DNA from: a bacterium
Lineage (GTDB): Bacteria > JAAXHH01
NCBI GenBank assembly: GCA_965248395.1
Contig: OZ252103.1
Location: forward strand, 2,602,882-2,666,881
Reading direction: 5' to 3'
DNA: 64,000 nt
The notes under the pieces are model-generated. The model was not told where the DNA came from, did not search any database, and saw nothing but the letters and a program-made list of their open reading frames with translations. How positions within the stretch are numbered: the first letter of the stretch is position 1; each line of letters begins with the position of its first letter. Both the position numbers and the translations under genes were made by a program. Shown one piece after another: positions 49,219 through 57,901 of this stretch.

Positions 49219-49875
49219 TTGCAAACCAGGACCGCAGCAGATACCAATTTCGCGGTGGATATCGTGGACAGGGCCGCGGAGGATCCGGGTAAAGTCGCCT
49301 TGAGATGGCAAAAGGCCGGTGGCGTGGCGTCGGACGTGACGTTCCTCGACCTGAAAATCCGATCCGAGAAGGTCGCACACGTGCTGCACGGCCATGGCGT
49401 CCGCCCAGGACACCGGGTATACATCCTGTTGCCGCCGTGCATCGCCTGGTGGGAGTCGGTTCTGGGATGCATGCGGGCCGGCGCCGTGGCCGTTCTCGGC
49501 CAGGACGCGTCCACCCCGCAGACCCTCGGCGAGCAGATCGTCCATTCCCGCTCGAGCGTGGTGATCGCGACCGTTTCTCTTGCCGACATGATCGACCGTG
49601 TCATGGATCAATGTCCGGACATCACCCACCGATTCGCCGTAGGATGGGAGCGCGAAGGCTGGGTGGACTACGACCGCCGCGTCTCACTCGCGCCAGCCGG
49701 TTTCAAGGCGATGGAGACCCGGAGTACGAACCCCTGTGTCGTCGTATACGAACGGGGAATCTCGCATACCGAAACAACATGCCGTCACGGCGATGAGAAA
49801 TTCGATCTCGACCAGCTCGATGCCTGGCGTGACGGACTGGCTATCGCGGTTCACGACGCGTCCGAGCACCCATGA
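49219..49875 (+). CDS. AMP-dependent synthetase/ligase N-terminal domain-like protein (truncated, 218 aa)
   Basis: The N-terminal ~130 aa resemble an acyl-CoA synthetase N-terminus (KVALRWQKAGG...DVTFLDLKIRSEKVAHVLHGHGVRPGHRVYILLPPCIAWWESVLGCMRAGAVAV). The P-loop/A3-A10 motifs are absent or degenerate; the stop overlaps the next start by 4 bp. Confidence 0.45.
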   Translation: MQTRTAADTNFAVDIVDRAAEDPGKVALRWQKAGGVASDVTFLDLKIRSEKVAHVLHGHGVRPGHRVYILLPPCIAWWESVLGCMRAGAVAVLGQDASTPQTLGEQIVHSRSSVVIATVSLADMIDRVMDQCPDITHRFAVGWEREGWVDYDRRVSLAPAGFKAMETRSTNPCVVVYERGISHTETTCRHGDEKFDLDQLDAWRDGLAIAVHDASEHP

Positions 49876-51032
49876 TTCCCGCGCTAAACGACTACCTGGT
49901 CGTGGATCTCACCACGCAGTTGCCAGGCCCCTACTGTTCCATGCTGCTTGCCGACCTGGGCGCCCGGGTTATCAAGGTCGAACCCCCCGGCGGCGATCCA
50001 CTGCGCAAGTTTCCCCCGGCATTCGCGAGCGTAAACCGCGGCAAGCGGGATATCGTGATCGATTTGAAAACAGAACCCGGCCGGGAAGTCATCGGACGCC
50101 TTATTTCAAGGGCAGACGTGGTACTGGAGGGATTTCGACCCGGTGTCGCCGAACGCCTTGGCGTGGACTATGTATCGACCAGGAAATTCAACCCCGCCGT
50201 CGTATACTGCTCGATATCGGGCTTTGGGCAGGACGGGCCCTATCGGACCCGCGCAGGCCACGACATCAACTATCTCGCAATAGGCGGTCTGCTGGGACGC
50301 AGCGATCCACCCGCGGTCCCGCCCGTGCTGATATCGGACCTGTCGTCCGGATTGTACGCCGCGCTGGCCGTCTCCGCCGCGCTAATGCATCGGACATCCA
50401 CCGGCGAGGGCCACTATATCGATCTGTCCATGACCGATTGCATTCTGTCCTGGATGGCGCTCGATATCGCCAGCGCAGCCCATGACCCGCGGGCAGCCTG
50501 TCAACCGATCCTTGGAAACATCCCGCACTACGGTATTTTCAAGACTTCGGACAATCGATTCATCAGCATCGGTATCGTCCATGAAGACCACTTCTGGGCC
50601 CGCCTTTGCGATGTCCTGGGATTGGACGACTGGAGAGACTGGCCATCGGAAACACGCGCCGACAGGGAAACCGAAATACGGGAAAAACTCCGTGCCGTGT
50701 TCGCCACCGCGTCCTGCCAGGAATGGGACCGGCGCCTGCAGGAAGCGGACGTACCCTGTGGCGCCATTTACAACCTTGACGAACTACCGGATGACCCTTA
50801 TATACAGTATCGAAATCCGTTTTACAGTCTCGTAGCATCCGACCGCACGGAGAGTCGTCAGGTTAAGGCGCCGTATCGAACGGGGACGCCCGACGCCGAT
50901 GCGCCTCTCCCGCCGCCCGTCCAGGGCGAGCACTCGCGAAACGTGCTTTCGGAATCCGGGTACACTGATGTGGAGATTGACGATCTGATTCAACAGGGAG
51001 TTATACACGAATTCCGCGACGGGGAGAAGTAG
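49872..51032 (+). CDS. CoA-transferase family III protein (CaiB/BaiF-like)
   Basis: LNDYLVVDLTTQLPGPYCSMLLADLGARVIKVEPPGGDP...GFRPGV...GHDINYLA is the family-III CoA-transferase signature. Confidence 0.85.
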   Translation: MIPALNDYLVVDLTTQLPGPYCSMLLADLGARVIKVEPPGGDPLRKFPPAFASVNRGKRDIVIDLKTEPGREVIGRLISRADVVLEGFRPGVAERLGVDYVSTRKFNPAVVYCSISGFGQDGPYRTRAGHDINYLAIGGLLGRSDPPAVPPVLISDLSSGLYAALAVSAALMHRTSTGEGHYIDLSMTDCILSWMALDIASAAHDPRAACQPILGNIPHYGIFKTSDNRFISIGIVHEDHFWARLCDVLGLDDWRDWPSETRADRETEIREKLRAVFATASCQEWDRRLQEADVPCGAIYNLDELPDDPYIQYRNPFYSLVASDRTESRQVKAPYRTGTPDADAPLPPPVQGEHSRNVLSESGYTDVEIDDLIQQGVIHEFRDGEK

Positions 51033-51055
51033 TCCGAATCCCCAAAGGAGACATC

Positions 51056-52387
51056 ATGAATATCGTCGTGCGAAACTGGCGAGACCAGGAACCGTACGTG
51101 GGGCACATCAGCGCGGTGGTCTGGACGCTGTACCAGTCCCATGACAAGGATGAAACATCTCCGCCCGACGTAAACCGCCTGCATGGAATCAACAGCTTCG
51201 TCAAGCATGGGCTTCAGGGCCACCAGCATTCGGACCACCATCAGCATGCCGACATCGAGCAGATGTATTTCGTACTTCGGGGGCGCGGACAACTTACCAT
51301 CGGCGATGACAAGGTGGACGTTCGGGACGGCACGGCCGTTTACATGCCTGTCAACGTGCCCCACCAGGCATTCAACGACGGGGATGGATGGATGGAGCAC
51401 TTGATCGTCAGTTGCCCGCTGGACGAAATCCGGGAAGGTACGCCCGCGGTCTGTGACTGGCGTGACGTCCATCCCATCGTGCTTGAAGGAGGTACCATTT
51501 CGTGGCCCCTTCTGCAACGTGAAGAAGACGCCGACGACAGCGAGGGCGGTGTACTCCAGCGCGTGCACAGCGTGACCCGATACGCCGTCCAGGGACGGCA
51601 GGGTACAGCGTGGCAGCAGTTGGATAGGATAGAGCTCGTACACTACGTGCTCAGCGGCTACGGAACGATCGAGGATCAGGACGGCAACCGCAATATGGTC
51701 ACGGAAGGTTCTGCGGCCCATGTACTTCCGGGCGTCGATCATCGATTCGTCAACCAGGGCGAAGGATGGTTCGAATACGTCACCTTCGCGGTCGAAGTAG
51801 GCGAAATCGAAGAGCAGCGGGAATCCGATACTGATTCGGACACCGAGGACGAACAGCCCGGAGTGGAAGAAGCGGCTGCGGCTATTGTGCTTGCGGAAGT
51901 CGACTGGGATGAAGCCGATGCGGTGGAGGCAGAGGAAGAGATCGAGGAGGCTATGGCTGCCGATGCGATCGACGCGGACGATGAGGCAGAGTCCACGGAC
52001 GAGATGGAAGAAGAAACGGACACCGATGCGGCCGAAATAGAAGCCGAAGACGGCGACGATGAGGACGGGGAGGAAGCCGAAGACGGCGACGATGAGGACG
52101 GGGAGGAAGCCGAAGACGGCGACGATGAGGTAGAGGAGAGGGCCGAAGAAAGCGTCGATGAGGCTGAAGAGTCCGACGAAGAAGCCGATGTCACCGAAGA
52201 GGATAGCGGAGAAACCAACGCAGCCGACGATGAAACCGAAGATCTCGATGCGGACGATGAATCAACCGCTGCCGAGGACGAGATTGATCTGGATGACGAA
52301 GAAACGGATTGCGATATCGAAGATGAAACCACCGTTGAGGACGAAACAGGGGAGGAGGACGATTCCCTTGATCCGTACAAACGGTAA
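51056..52387 (+). CDS. Bicupin protein with ~180-aa poly-acidic (D/E-rich) repetitive C-terminal tail
   Basis: Two cupin-like units (HQHADIEQMYFVLRGRGQLTI...VYMPVNVPHQAFN, and HYVLSGYGTIE...AAHVLPGVDHRFVNQG). The final ~180 aa are almost exclusively D/E/A/T, with EAEDGDDEDGE repeats. Confidence 0.6.
   Translation: MNIVVRNWRDQEPYVGHISAVVWTLYQSHDKDETSPPDVNRLHGINSFVKHGLQGHQHSDHHQHADIEQMYFVLRGRGQLTIGDDKVDVRDGTAVYMPVNVPHQAFNDGDGWMEHLIVSCPLDEIREGTPAVCDWRDVHPIVLEGGTISWPLLQREEDADDSEGGVLQRVHSVTRYAVQGRQGTAWQQLDRIELVHYVLSGYGTIEDQDGNRNMVTEGSAAHVLPGVDHRFVNQGEGWFEYVTFAVEVGEIEEQRESDTDSDTEDEQPGVEEAAAAIVLAEVDWDEADAVEAEEEIEEAMAADAIDADDEAESTDEMEEETDTDAAEIEAEDGDDEDGEEAEDGDDEDGEEAEDGDDEVEERAEESVDEAEESDEEADVTEEDSGETNAADDETEDLDADDESTAAEDEIDLDDEETDCDIEDETTVEDETGEEDDSLDPYKR
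52040..52130 (+). repeat. 33-bp tandem repeat (gaagccgaagacggcgacgatgaggacggggag) x ~2.8, coding the EAEDGDDEDGE units of the acidic tail
   Basis: Copies at 52040-52072 and 52073-52105 are identical; a partial third copy runs 52106-52130. Confidence 0.85.
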
Positions 52388-52399
52388 ACGAAAGCGTAC

Positions 52400-53302
52400 G
52401 TGAATAACCTACCCGCCCGATCTTTCGGGCGTACCGGCATGCGTCCGGCGGCGCTGGCCATGGGAGCCGCCTTTCTGCACGGAAGCCCGGAGGCGGTCGA
52501 TGCGATTCAGACTGCCCTGGAACTGGGTATCAACTATTTCGATACCTACCCGGGCCACCACGAGGAAAAATGGGGAGAAGCGCTGTCCGGCGTTCCCCGA
52601 TCCTCCTACTACCTCCAGGCCAAGATCGGCACCCATCCCGAACGCACCAAGGACTTCTCCGGGGAAGGGGCCAGGTGGAGTCTGGACCGTAGCCTGCAAT
52701 CCCTGAAGACGGACTATCTCGACTCCGTACTGGTACACGATCCAAACGACATAGACGAATTACTGCGTGAAGGCGCGGTGTTCGACGTCCTGCGTGAACT
52801 GAAATCGCAAGGGGTGGTCAGAAACATCGGCCTCGGCGCCCGTACGCACGACTGGCACGTACGGCTGATCGATGAAGGCGTCAGCGACGTGTCCCTGACC
52901 TTCCTGGACTATACGCTGATCAACCAGTCGGCCGCCTCCACCATCTTCCCGGCGGCCAGGAGACGGCGAGCCGGAATTATCCTGGCCAGCGTGCAAGGCA
53001 TGGGACTTCTAACCGGATCGGAACCGGACGCGGAACGGGAGCGTGCCATGCATCCCGGCAGCGAGCCGCGCGCGCACCGGATCTGGACCTGGTGCCGGGA
53101 ACGTGGAGTAAACATCCGGCATCTGGCCATTCAGTTTTGCCTCGCGGCGCCGGTGGACAGCCTGGTTATGTTCGGACCGTCGAATATCCAGCAGGTGCGT
53201 GACGCGTACAAAGCCGCCACCGACACCATTCCGTCCGATCTTTGGGAGAAGTTCGACCAGGATTTCGGTATCCGTTCGGGCATGGATGCCCGGCAGTTAT
53301 GA
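52400..53302 (+). CDS. Aldo/keto reductase
   Basis: GINYFDTYPGHHEEKWGEAL, LDSVLVHDP and the overall AKR (alpha/beta)8 pattern. Confidence 0.8.
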   Translation: MNNLPARSFGRTGMRPAALAMGAAFLHGSPEAVDAIQTALELGINYFDTYPGHHEEKWGEALSGVPRSSYYLQAKIGTHPERTKDFSGEGARWSLDRSLQSLKTDYLDSVLVHDPNDIDELLREGAVFDVLRELKSQGVVRNIGLGARTHDWHVRLIDEGVSDVSLTFLDYTLINQSAASTIFPAARRRRAGIILASVQGMGLLTGSEPDAERERAMHPGSEPRAHRIWTWCRERGVNIRHLAIQFCLAAPVDSLVMFGPSNIQQVRDAYKAATDTIPSDLWEKFDQDFGIRSGMDARQL

Positions 53303-53394
53303 TTCCTGGATTGATCCGTTTTCGACACCTTTGCTTGACGAGGCAACCTCAACCCGTCAAGACCGGAATTCAGACCCCACGGAACTAATACTTC

Positions 53395-54162
53395 ATGCCC
53401 TCACTGTCCTTTACGCCCCGTGTACCCGTCATCGACGCCAACGTATGCGTGGGCAATCACCACACCGGACCGTCGCCCTGCCAGAATCCTTCCCAGTTGC
53501 TCGCCGAAATGGATACGCACGGCGTCCAGCGCGCGGTGATATACCATGCGCAGGGCGAAGAGATCAGTCCCACCGACGGCAACCTCCTATTGGAGGACTG
53601 GCTCGAGAATGAAGGAAGACTGATTCCGCAGTGGTCGGTTGCGCCTGTAGACACCTCCATGAAGCAGCTCGAGGATCTGCACAGCCAGGGACGGGTAACG
53701 TCCGTTCGCCTGCACAACACCCAGTCCGCCGGACTTCCGTTCCGTCCCTGGGGCTATGATGGTCTGCTGTCCTTTCTCACGGAAGCCGGGATCCCGTTGT
53801 GGATCCCGCTGATGGACGTGGATATGAACGACCTGGTAACGACCCTCCAGGCCTATCCGGATCTGCGCGCGGTGCTCGTCGGCGCGCACTATACCCACGC
53901 GGTAGTCGTTCGCGGTCTGCTTGAAGCGAGTACCAACGCCGTGCTGGAACTCAGCCGCTACGAGCCCATTGGCGAAGTGGAGGCGCTCGTAGACCGGTAC
54001 GGTGCGGATCGGCTGATCTACGGCTCCTGGTATCCCAGGTACGCCATGGGTCCGATCCTGTTCTACCTGCACCACACCCGCATGAGCGACGAGGATCTCG
54101 CGCGGATCTGCACCGGAAACGTCGAGCGCCTGCTCGAACCGCAGCGGGGGGATCATGATTGA
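53395..54162 (+). CDS. Amidohydrolase-2 family protein; first metal-binding HxH replaced (IDANVCVGN)
   Basis: ACMSD/LigW-like TIM-barrel pattern through to GADRLIYGSWYP, but the N-terminal HxH is N-x-V here. Confidence 0.6.
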   Translation: MPSLSFTPRVPVIDANVCVGNHHTGPSPCQNPSQLLAEMDTHGVQRAVIYHAQGEEISPTDGNLLLEDWLENEGRLIPQWSVAPVDTSMKQLEDLHSQGRVTSVRLHNTQSAGLPFRPWGYDGLLSFLTEAGIPLWIPLMDVDMNDLVTTLQAYPDLRAVLVGAHYTHAVVVRGLLEASTNAVLELSRYEPIGEVEALVDRYGADRLIYGSWYPRYAMGPILFYLHHTRMSDEDLARICTGNVERLLEPQRGDHD

Positions 54163-54904
54163 CAGCTCGAAAGTGATCGACTTCCACGGACACGTAGGCC
54201 GGTGGGAACGTTACGGCATGATTGACGACCCTGAACTATTGCTGGCTGCCATGGATGCCGTCGGTATCGACATCGCATGCCTTTTTCACATTTTTCATCC
54301 GGACGGCACCACGGGCAACGATCTGACCGCGAAATTCGTCGCCCGGAATCCAGAACGGTTCGTGGGATTCGCCTACGTCTCTCCGACCATGCCCGACCGC
54401 ATGGTGCCCGAACTGGAGCGGGCGGTCGACCAGCTGGGATTTCCGGCCATCAAACTATACCCGCCCTATACGCCCTGGCCCTTCAACGAAGAACCCTGGC
54501 ATCCGATCTATGAATTCGCCCAGGACCGGGGTCTGACCATCATCTTCCACACGGATCATTTTAAAAACAGCCGGCCCCGGTACTTCGAAGACCTTGCCCC
54601 GGCCTATCCTCGTGTAAATTTCGTTTCCGGTCATTCGGGCAACGTACCCGAAGCGCGCGCCGAAGCCATCGCGGCGGCACAGAAGTACCCGAACGTCTAC
54701 CTCGAGACCTGCTCGACATACCGGACACCCGGTGTTATCGAAGAACTGGTGGAAAAGGGTGGAGCCGACCGCGTGCTTTACGGGTCGGACATGCCCCTGA
54801 TGGATCCGCGGCCGCAGATCGGCAAGATCATCACGGCCCGTATCTCTTCCGAGGCCAAGCGGATGGCGCTGGGCGGCAATGCGGCCCGGTTGCTCGGATT
54901 GTAG
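54155..54904 (+). CDS. Amidohydrolase-2 family protein (HxH present)
   Basis: VIDFHGHVG HxH, IIFHTDH, GADRVLYGSDMP; start overlaps the upstream gene by 8 bp. Confidence 0.7.
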   Translation: MIDSSKVIDFHGHVGRWERYGMIDDPELLLAAMDAVGIDIACLFHIFHPDGTTGNDLTAKFVARNPERFVGFAYVSPTMPDRMVPELERAVDQLGFPAIKLYPPYTPWPFNEEPWHPIYEFAQDRGLTIIFHTDHFKNSRPRYFEDLAPAYPRVNFVSGHSGNVPEARAEAIAAAQKYPNVYLETCSTYRTPGVIEELVEKGGADRVLYGSDMPLMDPRPQIGKIITARISSEAKRMALGGNAARLLGL

Positions 54905-54960
54905 ATTATATGATGTACGCGCTCGATGCTGTCTGACCACCCCCGATCCTGGAGGTTTAC

Positions 54961-55953
54961 GTGATTGTCGGTAATACTGAATTGCATAACGTCCACGAAT
55001 TGCTGGATGACCCCGAAGGCATGGGCAGCATTTGCTGCCGTGTCCCCAATGACCTTCGCGTGACGCTGAATGAAGCTGCTTTGAACAATGCACTGGTGTC
55101 AACGGGATGCGAAATCCGGTTCAACCTGGAAGGACCGCACGCGGTCATAACCCTGCAGAGTCCCGAAGCACCGACGCTCGTGGAAGTATACCAGGGCGAT
55201 TTCTTCAGCGCTTTACATATTGTCGACGTAACCCCGACACGAATTGTCGCGGCACGGCCCGAGGCCGAGGCAGTCATGCGCCAGGTCACCCCGTCCAGTG
55301 CGCGGTTCGACACCGGTCTTACCCGGGTGATCCTGCCGTGGCGTCCTTCGGTTCGACTGATTTCCATCGAGGGAGAAACGTCGCTGCCGAGACCGGATCA
55401 GACTCCGAATACGCGATACCTGGCCTACGGTTCGTCGATCACCCATGGAAGCACGGCCGTACGGCCCACGGGCACGTACCCCGCCCGGGCGGCCGACCTG
55501 CTGGGCACCGATCTCTTCAACCTGGGATTCGGCGGAGGCGCACACATGGAAGCGGGCATGGCGGACTACATTGCCGGACGCAATGACTGGGACATCGCGA
55601 CGCTTGAGATGGGCATCAACGTCGTGCAGGCATTCGACGTGGACGAGTTTCACCGGCGCGTCGAGTACTTCGTGACGACCATTGCCGACTCTCATCCCGA
55701 TGACTGGATCTTCTGCATTGACATATTCCCATGCCTGTATGATTTTATGGGCGTCGAAAAAGCCGAAACCTTCCGATCCATCGTAGCGGAACGGGTGCGG
55801 CAGTTGAACCGGCCGAGGCTCGTGCACATACCGGGTGACGCCATGCTCAGGTCCAAAACAGGACTGACGGTGGACCTGGTGCATCCTGCGCCTGCCGGTT
55901 TCGAGGAAATGGCGCGGAACCTGGCGGACATCATTCGCGCCCGAAGAAAGTAA
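54961..55953 (+). CDS. SGNH/GDSL-like hydrolase with N-terminal beta-sandwich domain
   Basis: GTG start after GGAGG; catalytic-Ser block YLAYGSSITHG, Gly block NLGFGGG, and DLVHP (DxxH) near the C-terminus. Confidence 0.65.
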   Translation: MIVGNTELHNVHELLDDPEGMGSICCRVPNDLRVTLNEAALNNALVSTGCEIRFNLEGPHAVITLQSPEAPTLVEVYQGDFFSALHIVDVTPTRIVAARPEAEAVMRQVTPSSARFDTGLTRVILPWRPSVRLISIEGETSLPRPDQTPNTRYLAYGSSITHGSTAVRPTGTYPARAADLLGTDLFNLGFGGGAHMEAGMADYIAGRNDWDIATLEMGINVVQAFDVDEFHRRVEYFVTTIADSHPDDWIFCIDIFPCLYDFMGVEKAETFRSIVAERVRQLNRPRLVHIPGDAMLRSKTGLTVDLVHPAPAGFEEMARNLADIIRARRK

Positions 55954-56016
55954 GAGCGCGAAGAACGTGAAAAACCGAGATCGATTCACCAACCAGTCAC
56001 GAAAAAGGGGCAATAA

Positions 56017-57048
56017 ATGGATACCATTCGCGTAGGCGTGGTCGGTGCCGGCGGCAACACGGTAAGCATGCATATACCGAAGCTGCAGGCTATCGAAGGG
56101 GTGGAGATCGTCAGCGTGTGCAACCGAAGCCGCGCATCATCAGAGCGGGTGGCCAGGCAGTTCGGCATCCCTACCGTCTACGAAACTTGGGCGGACCTGA
56201 TCGAGGCGGACGACACGGATGCCATCGTCGTCGGTACCTGGCCCTACCTGCACTGCGCAACGACCCTTGCCGCCCTGGCTTCCGGCAAGCACATCCTGTG
56301 CGAAGCGCGCATGGCCATGAACCTTGAAGAAGCCCAGCTCATGCACGACGCCGCACAGAGCAGTCCCGACCTCGTGGCCCAGATCGTGCCTTCCCCCATG
56401 ACACTGTGGGCTGACAAGACCATTCAGCGCCTCATAGCGGAAGGATACGCGGGCGACATACTCAGCGTGGAGCTCCGCTCCTCCGGCAGCGCGTTCATTG
56501 ACAGGGACAGTCCGATGCACTGGCGTCAGGATTACGAACTGAGCGGCATGAACATCATGACCATGGGAATCTGGTACGAGGCGATGAGACGCTGGGTGGG
56601 AGATCCGCTTCGCGTGTTCGCCCAGGGCAAGACCTTCACGAAAATGCGTAGAGACGCGGAGACCGGCGTGATACGCGCCATTCGGGTTCCGGAGCACATC
56701 GACATCGTGATGGACATGATCTGCGGCGCATCGGCCTATATCAAGATTTCGACCGTCCAGGGACTGGCCAACGAAAACGAGGCCACGATCTACGGCAGCG
56801 AGGGCACGATCCGAATGGGCGACGGCAAAATACACGGCGCACGGCGCGGGGAGGAAGCCCTGGGAGAGATCGAGATCCGGCCCGAAGACCACGGAGAATG
56901 GCGGGTGGAGGAAGAATTCGTCAACGCCATCCGTGGCCTGGAGAAGGTCACCCACACACCCTTGGACATCGGAATCAAGTATATGGAATTCACCGAGGCT
57001 GTGAACCGCAGCATGGAGGAAGGGAAAGCCATCCCCCTGCCTTTGTAA
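56017..57048 (+). CDS. Gfo/Idh/MocA family oxidoreductase
   Basis: IRVGVVGAGGNTVSMHIPKL...GKHILCEARMA is the family consensus. Confidence 0.8.
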   Translation: MDTIRVGVVGAGGNTVSMHIPKLQAIEGVEIVSVCNRSRASSERVARQFGIPTVYETWADLIEADDTDAIVVGTWPYLHCATTLAALASGKHILCEARMAMNLEEAQLMHDAAQSSPDLVAQIVPSPMTLWADKTIQRLIAEGYAGDILSVELRSSGSAFIDRDSPMHWRQDYELSGMNIMTMGIWYEAMRRWVGDPLRVFAQGKTFTKMRRDAETGVIRAIRVPEHIDIVMDMICGASAYIKISTVQGLANENEATIYGSEGTIRMGDGKIHGARRGEEALGEIEIRPEDHGEWRVEEEFVNAIRGLEKVTHTPLDIGIKYMEFTEAVNRSMEEGKAIPLPL

Positions 57049-57112
57049 AAGAGCAGAATTACGTATAGAAACAGAGTTGCTGAGAGCGTCGCGGTTAAGA
57101 AGAGGAATGATA

Positions 57113-57694
57113 CTACGAAGGAATGACGCGATCCACGTAAGCCAGCAACGCGTCGATCATGTCTTGCGGGGTCGATTCGTTGACGACTGTGAAATCCGCC
57201 ATGGCAATGGGACCGCCTTTCTCGATGTTCTCGATCTCTGCGTGGTCCCGCTTCCGCGCTTCGTCCGACGTGAGAGGCCGCATTCGGTACTGGGGGTCTT
57301 TTTGAGCGTCGTGCACGCGATGTTCCAGGCGCTCATACCGGGTCTTCGGCGAAGAGGCGACGGCCACGACGTGGACGCGGTCGCCATACGCTTCCTTCAG
57401 AATCTTGTGTTCCGACCAGGAATACATTCCGTCAATCACGACGTGATCGTGTTTGAGTCCTTCCTCGATGGCGGACAGCGAGAGCAACGCAAACGCGCCC
57501 ATGCCATGGTCGCGCCTTAACTGTTCCCGCTTCGTCTTCTCGTTCTCCGGATTGATTTCTCTACCTTCTTCCTTGAGGCGGTCGATGGTCACCTGGCCGA
57601 AGCGGATATGACGCCACCCCCTGCCGACCAGGCATCCCGCTGCCGTTGACTTGCCCGAGCCGGTCATTCCTACGATGGCGACGATGATGTGCAT
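57113..57694 (-). CDS. P-loop nucleotide kinase-like protein (AAA/adenylate-kinase/dephospho-CoA-kinase-like)
   Basis: Walker A IVAIVGMTGSGKSTAA at the N-terminus; 193 aa; LID-like basic segment. Confidence 0.5.
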   Translation of the reverse strand: MHIIVAIVGMTGSGKSTAAGCLVGRGWRHIRFGQVTIDRLKEEGREINPENEKTKREQLRRDHGMGAFALLSLSAIEEGLKHDHVVIDGMYSWSEHKILKEAYGDRVHVVAVASSPKTRYERLEHRVHDAQKDPQYRMRPLTSDEARKRDHAEIENIEKGGPIAMADFTVVNESTPQDMIDALLAYVDRVIPS

Positions 57695-57901
57695 GGTGTA
57701 CCGGGTGGTTGCGGGGATGGAATCGGAATCCCTTTAAACATGGAGAATCGGCCGGAATATACAGTTCCGTCTCCCTCCTGTCAAACTGGATGTACGTAAA
57801 AGATATAGTCCTTGACGATTACCGTACGCCGGTTTTGTTTTAACATTCTTCCCGTTTTCATAGGCGCCTGATCCTGAAATTAAACACAGTGGAGGTGCGG
57901 C

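Noticed and set aside
48414-49292. 292-aa Arg/Gly-rich + ORF
   Set aside because: Out-of-frame overlap of the SDR gene, which has textbook TGxxxGxG/YxxxK motifs.
51739-52461. 240-aa poly-Ser minus-strand ORF
   Set aside because: It is the antisense reading of the GAn-rich acidic-tail repeats of the bicupin; the sense frame continues an upstream enzyme domain.
53330-53361. 7-bp inverted repeat CTTGACG-N14-CGTCAAG between the AKR and amidohydrolase genes
   Set aside because: Short stem and long loop inside an apparent operon; could be an operator or attenuator, but too weak to call.
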